This document shows, in pieces, positions 1 through 13,385 of a DNA stretch of 64,000 nt; positions within the stretch are counted from its first letter, which is position 1, and the number at the start of each line of letters is the position of its first letter. The translations under genes and the position numbers were made by a program. The stretch lies in assembly GCF_963921235.1 (NCBI RefSeq), contig NC_086107.1, positions 112,966,001 to 113,030,000 of the forward strand, written 5' to 3'. This DNA comes from Mobula hypostoma (taxonomy: Eukaryota). Under the pieces are notes generated by a model. The model was not told the DNA's origin, did not search any database, and worked only from the letters and a program-made list of their open reading frames with translations.

Positions 1-219
1 ACTCTTCATCTCACGTTCTCAGTATTTACTGCTTATTTATTATTATTTTTATTTATTTTTTTCTCAGCTCAAGCTGGTAGAACCCAAGGTACAGGCATGG
101 CCAACAACATTCATTTCTCGCAAACAACAGGAATTCTGCAGATGCTGGAAATTCAAGCAACATACATCAAAGTTGCTGGTGAACGCAGCAGGCCAGGCAG
201 CATCTCTAGGAAGAGGCGC

Positions 220-255
220 AGTCGACGTTTCAGGCCGAGATCCTTCGTCAGGACT
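220..255 (-). ncRNA. Minimal hammerhead motif (weakened stem II) in a Penelope-like repeat at 121-262
   Basis: agtc-CTGACGA-a-GGAT-ctcg-GCCT-GAAA-CG-TC-gact. Confidence 0.55.
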
Positions 256-1016
256 AACTGAAGGATGTAGCTATTACTACTGAGACAACGTATACCCTTG
301 TCCATGTTCCATAGTCTTTCAGTTTCCTCTTTTAGTTCAGCATATTTCTGGTTGCTTTTGCTTGTTTATCCTGTATTAGTATATTAATTTTATTTTTTTA
401 TTGAGATACGAGCGGAATAGGCCCTTCTGGCTCTTCAAGCTGCACTGCCCAGCAATCCCCCGGTTTAATCCTAGCCCAATCTCAGGACGGTTTACAATGA
501 CCAATTAACCTACCAACTGTGGGGAGGAAACTGGAGCACCTGGAGGAAACCCACGGGGAGAGCGTACAAACTCCTTACAGGCAGTGGCGGGAATTGAATC
601 AGGGTCGCCAGTACGGTAAAACGTTGTGCGAACCGCTACGCTACCGTGCCACATTATCTGTACAGTTATTATGGATTGCCCCATCTGTAATAACAGCTCG
701 GTCGTAATATAATTTGTGGGACTCCGACTCTAAAACTGGATCAGGCTTGTACTTACAGTAAGGTATGGGTTCTTTTACGAACATGAGATTCATTTTCTTG
801 CGAGCATTAACAGTAAACACAAAGAAACAAAATGGAATCGATGGAAGACCGCACCCAACAAGACGGACAAACAACCATTGTGCAAAAGATAATACAATGT
901 GTTGCTTTCCTGCGATTGTGTTCCGTGTTGATGTGCTGAGTTATGGGGAGGTCTTTACCTATGAAGGACTGGGCCGTGTTCGTTAGCTTTTGTCGTTCAA
1001 GGGCGTTGCTGTTACG

Positions 1017-1323
1017 ATCCACTACATTTTGTACTGGGTGGGCACAGGAGTACATTCAGCCAGAGACTCATTCCACCGAGATTCAGCACAGAGCATCATA
1101 GGAAGTCATTCCTGCCTGTGGCCATCAAACTTTACAACTCCTCCCTTGGAGGGTCAGACACCCTGAGCCAATAGGCTGGTCCTGGACTTATTTCCTGACA
1201 TAATTTACATATTATTATTTAATTATTTATGGTTTTATTACTATTTATTATTTATGGTGCAACTGTAACGAAAACCAATTTTCCCCGGGATCAATAAAGT
1301 ATGACAATGACTATGACTATGAT
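1017..1323 (+). mobile_element. Young Rex1/Babar-like 3' fragment with (TATGAC)n tail
   Basis: Near-identical to the copies at 4458, 7342 and 59729; AATAAA then TATGAC repeats. Confidence 0.8.
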
Positions 1324-1417
1324 ACCAGGCTGTGATTCAAGTATGCAATGCACTGTGCTAAAGTTCTACACGAGGAAGCATCATAACGTCATTATTAAGG
1401 TGCTCACCAAAATCCCA

Positions 1418-1618
1418 AATCCAGAGTAACGCACACAAAATGCTGGAGGAACTCAGCAGGTCAGGCAGCTTCAATGGAGAGGAGCCAACAGTTGACTTTT
1501 CAGGCCACGACCCTTCATGAGGACTCCTGATCAGCAGGACGCCGCCCGCCCCTGCTGAGTTCCTCCAGCATTCTGTGCGTGCTGCTCTGGATTTCCAGCA
1601 TCTGCAGAATCTCCTGTG
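1418..1618. repeat. Palindromic element made of inverted Penelope-like terminal repeats
   Basis: aaatccagag...tgctggaggaactcagcagg ... cctgctgagttcctccagca...ctctggattt; similar hairpins at 10455-10661 and 20811-21005. Confidence 0.75.
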
Positions 1619-1929
1619 TGAACCAAGTGCTGTTCGTCTGCACGCACCAATTTTTATTGCAGTAGAGGAGGCCATGGTCCGACTTGTCGGAATGTAATGG
1701 GTAGTTAAACAAGGGCAAAGAAAAGAATGGGAATAAATTAGTTTTATTTGTCACATGCACGTCGAAACATACAGCAAAATGTGTTGTTTGTTTCAATGAC
1801 CAACACAGTCTGAGCGTGTACTTGGGGCAGCCCGCAGGTGTTGCCAAGCTTTCAGTGCCAACATAGCACGCCCACAACTCACTAACCCTAACCTGTACGT
1901 CTTTGGAACGTGGGAGAAAACTGGAACAC

Positions 1930-4900
1930 TCAGAGGAAAGTCTTGCTGGCAAATGTACAGTCTCTGGCAAATAAAATCAAAGAGCTAGATTGCTGTACCA
2001 GAGGGACATTTAAAACTGTTGCATGTTTTTGTTTCACAGAACCTTGGTTATCCGCTGCTATTCTGTTCTCTGCAATACAGCCTGACAAGTTCACAATTCA
2101 CTGCCAAGATAGGATTGCTGAGCCTCTCAAAGGCAGAGGAGGTGTAGTACGCTTTATGATCAACTCATCTGGTGTACAAACGTTAACGTGCTGTCTCTGT
2201 CCTACTCAACCGACCTGAAACGTCTCGCGATCAAGTGTTGTCCCTTTTATCTGCTGGGAGAGATTTCAGCCATCACCTCAGTAATGGTGTAGATCCCACC
2301 TCAGGCCCGTGTCAAACAGGCTCTAGATGAACTGAGCGACGTAATCAACAGGCAGGAAACAGCACATCCTGATGCCTTCCCCATCATCTTGGGGGATTTT
2401 AACCAGGCCAGCTTGAAAAAGTCTCTAAATAATTATTACCAGCCAATCACTTGTAGTACCAGAGGAACCAACACACTGGACCACGGTTACACCACCATTC
2501 AGAGCACTTACAGTGCTATCCCACTCCCACACTTTGGAAAGTCTGATCACCTAGCTGTACTTCTCCTCCCTGAGTATAGGCAGAGACTGAAGACTGCAGA
2601 CCAGCAGTGAGGACCAAGAAGGTATGGATAATGACAGTACAGGAGGATTCGCAGGACTGCTTTGAATCAGGGGACTGGACCGTATTCAGGGATTCATCTT
2701 CGGGTCTGAATGAGTACGTCACAGCTATCTCTGATTCATTAAAACTTGTGAGGACGAGCGTGTGCCTATGAGAACGTCCTGTACATAACCAAATCAAAAG
2801 CTGTGGATAAACCAGGAGGTTGGTAGTCTGCTGGGGGCTAGATCTGTGGCATTTAAGTCTGGTAATCCCAGCACTGTACAAAAAAAACAGCTAAGACTTA
2901 TGGAGGGCTATTTCAAGAGCTGAACGAGGTTGGAGGTGACATCGGATGCACGTCAACTCTGGCAGGGTTTGCAGGCCATTACCTCCTACAAGGTGAAACC
3001 TAACATCATGAATGGCATTGATGCTTCACTCTGAGACGAGCTCAACGTCTTTTATGCTTGCTTTAGAAGGGAGGATAAAACTACAGCAATGAGGATCCCT
3101 ACAGCAGCCGGTGAGCCTGTGATCTGTCTCAGAGGCTGATGTCAGAATGTCTTTCAAGAAGGTGAACCCGCGCAAGGCGTCAGACCCCGATGTTGTACTT
3201 GGTAGGACGCTGAAAACCTGGGCCAACCAACTGGCAGAGGTATTCAAAGGCACTTCAATCTCTCATTGCTACAGTCGGAAGTTCCTACCTGCTTCAAAAG
3301 GGCAACAATCATACCAGTGCCCAGGAAGAGCAGGGTGAGCTGCCTTAATGATTATCGTCCAGTAGCACTCACACCTATGGTGATGAAATGCTTTGAGAGG
3401 TTGGTCATGACTAGAATCAACTCCTGTCTCAGCAAGGATCTGGACCCATTGCAATTTTCCTATCACCACAATGCGTCTACAGCGGACACTATCTCACTGC
3501 TCTCCGCACGGCCTTGGATCAGCTGGACAATACAAGTCCCTATGTCAAGCTGCTGTTTATTGACAACAGTTCCGTGTTTAACACAACCATTCCTACAGTT
3601 CTAATCACAAAGCTTCAAAACCTGGGTCTCTGTAACTCCCTCTGCAACTGGATACTCGACTTCCTCACTGGAAGACCACCATCTGTGTCTATCGGAAATA
3701 ACATCTCCACCTCGCTGATAATCAACACTGGCACAGCTCAGGGATGTGTGCTTAGCCCACTGCTCGACTCTCTCTACACCCGTGACTGTGTGGCTAGGCA
3801 CAGCCCTAATATCATCCATAAATTTGCTGACAAATCAACTATTGTTGGCAGAATTTCAGATGGTGATAAGAGGCTGCATAGGAGTGAGATATATCAGCTA
3901 GTTGAGTGGTGTCACAGCAACAACAACCTTGCACTCAATGTCAGTAAGACCAAAGAACTGATGTGGACTTCAGGAAGGGTAAGATGAGGGAACACACACT
4001 AGTCCTCATGGAGGGATCAGAAGTGGAAAGAGTGAGCAACTTCATGTCCCTGGGTGTCAATATCTCTGAGGATCTAACCTGGCCCCAACATATTGATACA
4101 CCTTCAAAGAAGACACAGCAGCAGTTATATATCATTAGGATATTGACACCCGCAAGTTTCTACAGCTGTACTGTGAAGAGCCTTCTAACTGGCTGCATCA
4201 TCGTCTGGTATGGGGGGTGGGGGTGGGGGAGAGAGATACTGAACAGGATCGAAGTAAGCTGCAGAGAGTGGTAAACTTAGTCATCTCCATCACGGTGGGC
4301 ACTAGCCTCTGTGGTATCCAGGGCATCTTCAAGGAGTGATGCCTCAAAAAGGTGAGGACCCCCACCACCCAGCCGATGCTCTCTTCTCATCACTACCATC
4401 AGGAAGGAGGTACAGAAGCCTGAAGGCACACACTCAATGACTCAGGAACAGCTTTGTCCGTTCGTAAGGCCAGTGATGTTGTGGGGATGGAACTGGACTC
4501 TCTGACGGTGGTGTCTGAAGAGAGGATGCTGTCTAAGTTGCATGCCATCTTGGACAATGTCTCCCATCCACTACATAATGTACTGGTTGGGCACAGGAGT
4601 ACATTCAGCCAGAGACTCATTCCACCGAGATGCAACACAGAGCGTCATAGGAAGTCATTCCTGCCTGTGGCCATCAAACTTTACAACTCCTCCCTTGGAG
4701 GGTCAGACACCCTGAGCCAATAGGCTGGTCCTGGACTTATTTCCTGGCATAATTTACATATTATTATTTAATTATTTATGGTTTTATATTGCTATATCTA
4801 TACTCTATTCTTGGTTGGTGTAACTGTAACGAAGCCCAATTTCCCTTGGGATCAATAAAGTATGACTATGACTATGACTACTATGACTTTTTTCTCTATT

Positions 4901-4990
4901 ATTATGTATTGTATCGTACTACTACGTCAAAGACAACAAATTTCACGTCACATGCTGGTGATATTAAACCTGATTCTGATTCTGATTATG
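1930..4990 (+). mobile_element. Degraded Rex1/Babar-like LINE (APE+RT), with a younger insertion at its 3' end
   Basis: ORF fragments [36 protein letters not shown] and KFAD in mixed frames; 3' end aaacctgattctgattctgat. Confidence 0.85.
4458..4887 (+). mobile_element. Young Rex1/Babar-like 3' fragment with (TATGAC)n tail
   Basis: ORF ending ...SFLPVAIKLYNSSLGGSDTLSQ*, AATAAA, TATGAC tail; nested in the 3' end of the older LINE. Confidence 0.85.
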
Positions 4991-6296
4991 AAAGTCACAC
5001 AGTCACAAGAAGAACGCAATGCTTCCTCTGTGTGTGTGTGTGTGTGTCTATATTGTGTTCCTAACAGCTGGCAGTCATAAGGCCACGGGGCCATAAGACA
5101 CGAGAGCGGATTTAGGCTATTCTACCCATGAGTTGTACTTGCTTCCCAACCTACGTAACAGTTTCAGAGAATGTGCAACATTCAATCAGCACCAAGGCCT
5201 TCAATTTACAAGTAGTTCTGTGCCGTCTTATAAATAAACCTGTACTTGCTGTGCCTCTGGGTCCTGACGACACTGCAGAAGACTTTAAATCATCTCACAG
5301 GTTAATTTGACACTGATACAGTGGCTTAGTCTTGCCTTGTTGAGAAAGGTGGGGGGCGGGAGAGGGAAGCTAACTCACTGTTTTACAAAATGTAGGTGAG
5401 GGGTAAACGGTCCAGCGTTTAGGCCAAGGTTAAAATCGGGGCATTGCTGGGCGGCGTGGCTCAAAGTGCTAGAAGGGCCAATTCCACACGGTATCTCAAT
5501 AAAATAAAACAAGAATAAGACAGCGTGGCCTGGAAGATGGGGGATCATTGACAGCGTAACTGTTGGCCTCTCCTTTAGTCGTCTGTGCTGTCAAAAGCAA
5601 ACTTGAAAGGCTGTGACCAGAATGGGCCACGACCCCAATGTTAAGGAATGAGAACTGTCTGGAATCAACAGAGACGCCCCGGGCTAAAAACTTTCACAAA
5701 CTTCCAGTGACTGTGAAACAGAAAGAGGTTTGGTATCACTGACAAACAAAGGGAAATTTGTTGTTTTGCAGCAGCAGTACAGTCTACTATAAATTACAAT
5801 AAGAAATAGAAGTAAAAACGAGGAAAGGAATAAAATTGAATCAGTGAAGAACTACACACTGACAATGACTGATAAACAACTAATGTCAAAAAGAAGATAA
5901 ACTGTGCAGACTTTTTCAGTTTTACAGTTTTTATATTTTTGCGTTCTTGTTTTTTTTGTACAGGGGAGGCGTTTGGGGGGGGGGGGGTTGATGTTGTTAT
6001 TGTGTTTTTGTGCCGGGGAAGGGGATTTGGGGCTTGATGTTCTTATTGTATTTTGTGTGGGGGGGTTGAGGAATTGATGTTCGTGTTGCCTTTATTTTTG
6101 TACGGGGAGGGGGTGGGTTTTCTGTCTCTCTTTGAACTGCCTTTCATGGTTTTCTTTGTTTCGTGACTATCTAGAGAAGGAGAATCTCAGAGTTGTGTAC
6201 TGCATACATACTTTGATAATAAATGAACGTTGGAACATTTGAAATACAAGAAAAAAACAAATAACAAATAAACAAACTGAGAACACAAGTTGTAGC

Positions 6297-6788
6297 AACA
6301 CACACAAAAGGCTGGTGGAACGCAGCAGGCCAGACAGCATCCATAGGAAGAAGCACAGTCGACGTTTCGGGCCGAGACCCTTCGTCAGGACTAACTGAAA
6401 GAAGAGATAGTAAGAGATTTGAAAGTGGGAGGGGGAGGGGGAGATCCAAAATGATAGGAGAAGACAGGAGGGGGAGGGATGGAGCGAAGAGCTGGAAAGT
6501 TGATTGGCAAAAGGGATACAAGGCTGGAGAAGGGAGAAGATCATGGGATGGGAGGCCTAGGGAGAAAGAAAGGGGGAGGGGAGCACCAGAGGAAGATGGA
6601 GAGCAGGCAAGGAGTTATTGTGAGAGGGACAGAGAGAGAAAAAAGAGAGAGAAAAAAGGGAAAAAAAATAAGGGATGAGGTAAGAATGGGAGGAGGGGCA
6701 TTAACAGAAGTTAACAAAGTCAATGTTCGTGCCATCAGGTTGGAGGCTACCGACGGAATATAAGGTGTTGTTCCTCCAACCTGAGTGT
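6297..6788 (-). mobile_element. Penelope-like element 3' end (GIY-YIG C-terminus remnant plus terminal repeat)
   Basis: The reverse strand carries an RLEEQHLIFR.GSLQP.G.N-like remnant, then a pyrimidine-rich UTR and the hammerhead-bearing repeat. Confidence 0.75.
6357..6392 (-). ncRNA. Minimal type I hammerhead ribozyme motif
   Basis: agtc-CTGACGA-a-GGGT-ctcg-GCCC-GAAA-CG-TC^-gact: intact core, stem I agtc/gact, stem II, palindromic ACGT stem III. Confidence 0.8.
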
Positions 6789-7341
6789 AACATAAGTTGC
6801 AGAGTAGTTTCAAGATGGCACTGGGAACACACAACAATGGTTTGCAGGCACCACACAAGTGCTGTCAGAAGATAAAGTTGACTTTATTTAAAGATAACTT
6901 GGGTTGATTAGTGGAATAGGCCAACCAGTATAATCAGTCTCAACCACCAGCACAGATTGTAGTAATTTAAACTCTCCTGTTAAACATTTGGGTCAGAATG
7001 GAATAATCAGCTCCTATCAGAGAACCAGGAGGCTTCTCCTGTGCAGGAAGAAGGTGGAGGCAGAGTCAGGAAGGAAACACCTGGCAGGGCAAACTGACGC
7101 AGGTCAGAGGCCGGAGGCGGCAGGGGGCTGGGAACTAGAGTAGGCAGGAATCGGAGAGACAGAAAAAAGCCAGGGCGAGTGAGTGGAGCCTGAGGGGCTG
7201 GGTTAAGAGAAGAGAGGCTGGGAGATGGGCATCTGGAATTCTGGCAACACACACAAAATGCTGGAGGAACTCCACAGGCCAGGTCACATCTATAGAAAGG
7301 AGTAAGCAGTGAATGTTTTGGGTTGAAACCCTTAATCAGGA

Positions 7342-8024
7342 CTGTTTCCATCCAAGGGGTCAGTGTGGACATGGTGGAGGATTACAAATACCTGGGGATA
7401 CGAATTGACAATAAACTGGACTGGTTAAAGAACACTGAGGCTGTCTACAAGAAGGGTCAGAGCCGTCTCTGTTTCCTGAGGAGACTGAGGACCTTTAACA
7501 TCTGCCGGACGATGCTGAGGATTTTCTCCGAGTCTGTGGTAGCCAGTGCGATCATGTTTGCTGTTGTGTGCTGGGGCAGCAGGCTGAGGGTAGCAGACAC
7601 CAACAGAATCAACAAACTCATTAAGGCCAGTGATGTTGTGGGGATGGAACTGGACTCTCTCACGGTGGTGTCTGAAAAGAGGATGCTGTCTAAGTTGCAT
7701 GCCATCTTGGACAATGTCTCCCATCCACTACATAATGTACTGGTTGGGCACAGGAGTACATTCAGCCAGAGACTCATTCCACCGAGATGCAACACAGTGT
7801 GTCATAGGAAGTCATTCCTGCCTGTGGCCATCAAACTTTACAACTCCTCCCTTGGAGGGTCAGACACCCTGAGCCAATAGGCTGGTCCTGGACTTATTTC
7901 CGGGCATAATTTACATATTACTTTTTAACTGTTTATGGTTTTATTACTATTTATTATTTATGGTGCAACTGCAACGCAAACCAATTTTCCCCGGGATCAA
8001 TAAAGTATGACTATGACTATGACT
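7342..8024 (+). mobile_element. Young Rex1/Babar-like 3' fragment with (TATGAC)n tail
   Basis: YKYLGIRIDNKLDW...GSDTLSQ*; inserted into a Penelope-like terminal repeat, with GACT at both junctions. Confidence 0.85.
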
Positions 8025-8495
8025 AAAAAAAGATGAGAAGTCAGCGCAAGAAGGTGGGGCGGGGAGAGGGAGGGAGAATTGTGAGGTGGTCGGTGGCAGG
8101 TGAAACAGGGAGAGGGGGACGGGGTGAAGTACAGAGCTGGGAGTTTGACTGGTGAAAGAGAGACAGGGCTGGAGAGGAAGGGGGAATCTGATAGGAGAGG
8201 GTAGAAGGAAGGGGAGAGGGAGGAGCACCAGAGGGAGGTGATGAGCAAGGAAGGAGGAAAGGTGAGACAGGGAAACGGGAATGCAGGGAATGGTGGGAGG
8301 CAATTACCAGAAGGTGGAGAAACCGATGTTCATGCCATTAGGTTGGAGGCTGCCCAGACGGAATATAAGGTGTTGTTCCTCCAACCTGAGTGTGGCCTCA
8401 TTGCAGTAGTAGAAGAGGCCATTGGCTGAAATGTCGGAATGGGAATGGGAAGTAGAATTGAAGTGAGAGGCCATCGGGAGATCACACTCTTTCTG
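8025..8495 (-). mobile_element. Penelope-like element 3' end (continues at 7233-7341 across the Rex insertion)
   Basis: ORF 8304-8519 contains ASHFNSTSHSHSD...RLEEQHLIFRLGSLQPNGMN, typical of the PLE GIY-YIG C-terminus. Confidence 0.75.
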
Positions 8496-8857
8496 GAGGA
8501 CCACCATCAGCCAAGTCATGCCTTGTTCTCATTGCTACAGTCAGGGAAGGAGATACAGAAGCCTGAAGGCTCACACTCAGTGATTCAGGAACAGCTCCTT
8601 CCCCTCTGACATTTGATTTCTGAACGGACAATGAACTCATGAACACTACCTCACTACTTCTATAATTTCTATTTTTGCACTAATTATTTAATTTAACTAT
8701 TTAATACACATACTTACTGTAATTCACTTTTTTTCCTATCATTATGTATTGCATTCTACTGCTGCTGCAAAGATAACAAATTTCACGACATATGTCAGTG
8801 ATATTAAACCTGATTCAGATTCCTGACCTGAAGAGGCAGCTAACAGTCAATTCCGTT

Positions 8858-9150
8858 GGGGCGGCGCATTAGCAAAGCGGTTAGTGCTTTGATTTTCAGT
8901 GTCGGTGATCACCGACCCAGGTTCGATTCTGGCTGCTGCTCATAAGGAATTGGTATGTGCTCTTCGTGACTGTGTGAGCTTCCTCTGGGTGCTTCCATTT
9001 GCTCCCGCGTCCCAAAGATTCGGGTTAGTGAGTTGTGGGCATCACTTGTGGGCTGCCCCCAACACAATGCTTGCTGATTTGATTTGACGCAAATGATGCA
9101 TTTCACTTGTTTCTTTCAATGTACACGTGACAAACGAACCCAATCTTTAC
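8858..9150 (+). mobile_element. tRNA-derived V-SINE-like element (relatives at 16704-16962 +, 405-650 -, 52833-53066 -, 56760-56975 -)
   Basis: GGGCGGC head, GGTTCGATTC B-box, central ttcctctgggtgct..ttgctcccg..tcccaaaga segment. Confidence 0.65.
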
Positions 9151-9551
9151 AGTGCGTCACACTTAGACCAGCCTGGGAAAAGATGGCAGATTGTTCCCCA
9201 AAGTTCATGAATACTCTGGACCAATTCGCTGGATTTGTGACTACCATTAACGAACTTTGACCTATTTTCTGGAATATGAAATTTTCTACCATAAGAAGTG
9301 TTGTTTGTGACACATTTGTTTGGCTACTTATTTCTGAGGCAGAAGTCTGCCGGTTCAAATCCCACTCACACTTTTACATCCTCAAATAGTCCAAAGGCTT
9401 CAGAGCCCAAATAGCAGCTTTGAAACAACTCCAATGGATCTTTGACAGAGCAAATGGGGCCTCAGCGTGACCCCAAATAGACAGCAGATAGCACTTCCCA
9501 CTTTGTCACACTGCAGCAGCCCCTTGGTAATATATGGGGAATACTGAGCTG

Positions 9552-9554
<3 letters not shown>

Positions 9555-9594
<40 letters not shown>

Positions 9595-9945
9595 TCTCTC
9601 TCACTCACTCTCTCACTCACTCTCACAGACACACACTCTCACTCATACTCTCTCACACACATATATAATTCTCTTACATACACACACACACACCCACACA
9701 CACTCTCTCTCTCACATACACACTCTCCCACTCACACACACTCTCTCTCTCACACTCTCTCTCTCACACTCTCTCTCACACACACTCTCCCTCACTCTCT
9801 CACACACACTGTCTCTCTCACACACTCTCTCACTCACACACATAATTCTCTTACACACACACACTCTCTCTCTCACACACACACACACACTCTCTCTCTC
9901 TCACACACACACACACACTCTCTCTCTCTCTCACACACACACACA

Positions 9946-10023
<78 letters not shown>

Positions 10024-10060
10024 CTCACACACAGATTCTCTCTGTCTCTCTCTCTCTCTG
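9555..10060. repeat. Compound (CT)n/(CA)n microsatellite
   Basis: About 500 bp of alternating CT and CA dinucleotide blocks. Confidence 0.95.
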
Positions 10061-10901
10061 AGACTCTCTGCCTCTTTTTCTGTCTCTCCCCGGTGATCTA
10101 CAGTCCGAATCTCTGATCTCCAATAAAATGTCTTGTGGCTGTTTAGTTTTATGGGAGGAGGTGACCTCGCAAATAGATCTCCCTCCAAGAAACGATAAGA
10201 GTGTACGAGGCTTTTTATTGGAATAGTTAGACCATTTATAGCCTTCAGCATCTAACAACGGTGTTGGGAGATCTGTGAAACTCTACATAAACCTCTAGCT
10301 GTTTTTAATAAGATATGTATAATGGAAAAATGTTGTTTGGCCATTGATTCTCTCATCACCTACTGCCTCCAGCCTCCAGCTTCCCTCTCTTCCTGTTTAC
10401 TTGTGTGACTATTCCATCAATCGCAGTATTTATGGACAGCTATGTGTAATCTAAACACAAGAGATTCTGCAGATGCTGGAAATTCAGAGCAGCACACACA
10501 CAAAATGCTGGAGGAACTCAGTAGGTCAGGCAGTGTCTATGGAAGAAATGTTTTGTCAGGACTTCATCCTGATGAAGGGTCTTGGCCCAAAATGTTGACT
10601 CTTTATTCCTTTCCACAAATGCTGCCTGACTTGCTGAGTTCCTCTGGCATTTTGTGTGTGTAAGCTAATTATTTTGAGGTGGAAAAGTGCCTTAGTCTAT
10701 TCAGGCATTTAGACTGACACGTGAATGGGCAGGGAATGGAGGGATATAGGCCATGTGCGGGCAGACGGGATAAGTGTAGGTTGGCATCATGGCCAGCACA
10801 GACATTCTGGGCTGAAGGGCCTGTAACTAATTTCTAAACATGGATTGTAATAGGTGGAGGAAATAGAAACTCAAAGAACATCTCCCAATAAAAGCAAAAT
10901 G

Positions 10902-11702
10902 CAGTAGATTCTGGTTAATTGCAACACTTTGGGACCAGTACTTTTTGGCCCAATTAAGTGCCTGCTTCAATTAGCCAAAGTGTTATGGAAATAGTTACAA
11001 AGTTATAAAAAAAAGGACAAACTACGTAAAAAACGATGTATTTAAATGAAATACAGACAAATTAGAACACTATCAATACTACTACAGTACTAATCAACCG
11101 TGCATTAGTCCCTAATAGTTATTGTCAGAGGAATTCATCCGTGCTGCATTCTTTTGATTGTAAATGAACAAAATCAGCGCAGACACCTAGTGCAGATAAT
11201 GGACTGCCTTCATACAATGCTGTCGATGATTACATCCTCCAAATCTTTATTTACATTGCATTCAAGATGATTGTTGATACCTTCAAATTCTTCATAGTTC
11301 CTAACCTGTTGAAGTAGGGAAATTGTTTCATTTTCACTCCCGGCCATTTCTGGCATCTCCAATTCTCAATGCTTGAAACCACAGTGAGCAAAACGGTTCC
11401 GAATTGTCCTACTGCTTATTTCTCACCAACTAACAGTGACAAAACATTGTTGCCTTTTGAACACAGACACACACAATTGACGTTATTTATAAACTGTTTG
11501 CTTGAAGCACAGTGTAGCGTCTAACAGCCACGCAAGTGCACGCGATTGACACTAGTGACCTGCCCTAATTAAGCAGCATAGTGTCCCAAATAAGCAAAGG
11601 GAATTCTGGCTATTTTCTCAATTTAGTTTCTGTTCTTTAAGAGTTGTCCCAAATAAACAGCTGCTCCAATTAGCTGATGGCCCAATTAAGTGGAATCCAC
11701 TG
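10902..11702. mobile_element. Non-autonomous Tigger/pogo-like DNA transposon (MITE)
   Basis: TIRs CAGTAGATTCTGGTTAATTG / CAATTAAGTGGAATCCACTG; TA on the right and TG on the left; subterminal CCCAATTAA repeats. Confidence 0.8.
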
Positions 11703-12456
11703 TATTGTTTCAAGAAAGTGATTGGGGGATGGTTAAAAATAAGTCATGCGCATTAAATCAATTACTTTCAGCAGGTAGTAAACCAGTCTGACTTACAGAG
11801 AATTGAGCAACCTTTGACTCCGGATGGCTACATCATTGTCAATACAGGCAGCTTTTACTGATAACTTGTCTGAGTTCCTTGAGTTCTCTGACATCAAACA
11901 CCTCTAGAACATTCTCCCACACTCTCTTTTTCATACTTTGACAGTGCTGGAACTAAAGTTTGTTGCAGTCCTTCCAACTGTCTAACTCTTCCCCTGTTCC
12001 TCAAAACTTCATCCTCTTCCCTTCTTCCAAACTTTCACCCAGACACCCAGTGTTGTTTATCCCATCTACTCTCCCACTTGTGCAGATGTACCTTTGAAAG
12101 TGCCCTGACTGGTTGCATCACAGTCTGGTATGCCCATTCAAAGCCGGAGATTGTGGAGGATTCTGCCCTATACATTCCAGGCACATTCCTCCCCAACATC
12201 GGCAGTATTTACAGGAGACTCTGTTTCAAGAAGGCAACATCCATCGTCAAAGATCCCCACCATCTGGACCATGCCATTTTTTCACAGCTACCATCGTACA
12301 GGAGGTACAGAAGCCTGAAGTCTCACACCATCAGGTTCAAGAACAGCTACTTTCCTTCAACCATTCGATTCTTGAACCAACTGGAAAAGCCTTAATAGAT
12401 GCAGCATTGGAAAACTGTGACGACTTTGCTGCAATATTGACCATAAGATATAGGAG

Positions 12457-12738
12457 AATTGGGCCGGCTGGTGGCGCAACGACATCGGCGCCGGACCCAG
12501 GAGCGGAGGTTCCCGAGTTCGAAACTAGTTGGGTCCGCTCCCGAGTACGCTCTCCATCCTTGCCGGGTTGAGTGTCGAGATCGCAACTCGACCTCGTAAA
12601 ATAAAGGGAAAATACTGTGAAAATGTCTGTGTGAGGAATGGCGAGCCACACAGTCTCTCTTGTTCCACACCTTGTAAAAAGCCATGAAAAATCCATTGTC
12701 ACGGACGCACGCACGCACACAGGCACACACCAAAAAAA
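12457..12738 (+). mobile_element. Young tRNA-derived SINE with short A tail and TSD
   Basis: A-box TGGCGCAACGA, B-box GAGTTCGAAAC, CpG-rich; flanked by AGATATAG(G/A)AG. Confidence 0.75.
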
Positions 12739-13385
12739 AGATATAGAAGCAAAATTAGGCCATTTGGCCCATCGTGTCTGCTTTGCCATTTCATCTTGTC
12801 TGATCCAATTTCCTTCTCAGCCCCAATCTCCTGCCTTCTACCCGTATCCCTTCATGCCCTGACTAATCAAGAATCTATCACCCTCTGCCTTAAATATACC
12901 CAATGACATGGCCTCCACAGCTGCCTGTGTCAATGCATTCCACAGATTCACTGCTCTCTCATTAAAGAAATTGCTCATCTCTTTTCTAAAAGGATACCCC
13001 TCTATCCTGAGGCTGTGTTCTCCGGTCTTAAACTCCCCCATCATAGGATGTGCCCTCTCCACATGCACACTTTCGAGGCTTTTCAACATTCGATAGGTTT
13101 CAATGAGATCCCCTCACCCTCGTTCTTCTCAGCAGAGGCCCAGAGCCATCAGATGCTCCTCATATGACAAGCCTTTCAATCCTGTAATAATTTTCGTGAA
13201 TCTCCTTTGAACCCTCTCCAATGTCAACACAATTTTGCTCTAATTGTGTACTTTCTCATAAAAATTGACCATAATTTATGTATAATTGATGTTATTCTTT
13301 GTGAATGCTGCAAAGAGTTTTTCATTGGCTCTATATACACATAGACTTGTGCAGATGACAATAAACTTGACTTTAACTTTGGTGC

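Noticed and set aside
5520..5735. Unique segment with a strong minus-strand acceptor (ctctttctgtttcacAG)
   Set aside because: All three frames stop quickly and there is no clear donor.
6167..6858. Several 75-125 aa ORFs rich in Leu/Ser/Pro or Gly/Arg/Glu
   Set aside because: They are translations of the purine/pyrimidine-biased Penelope-like UTR, not genes.
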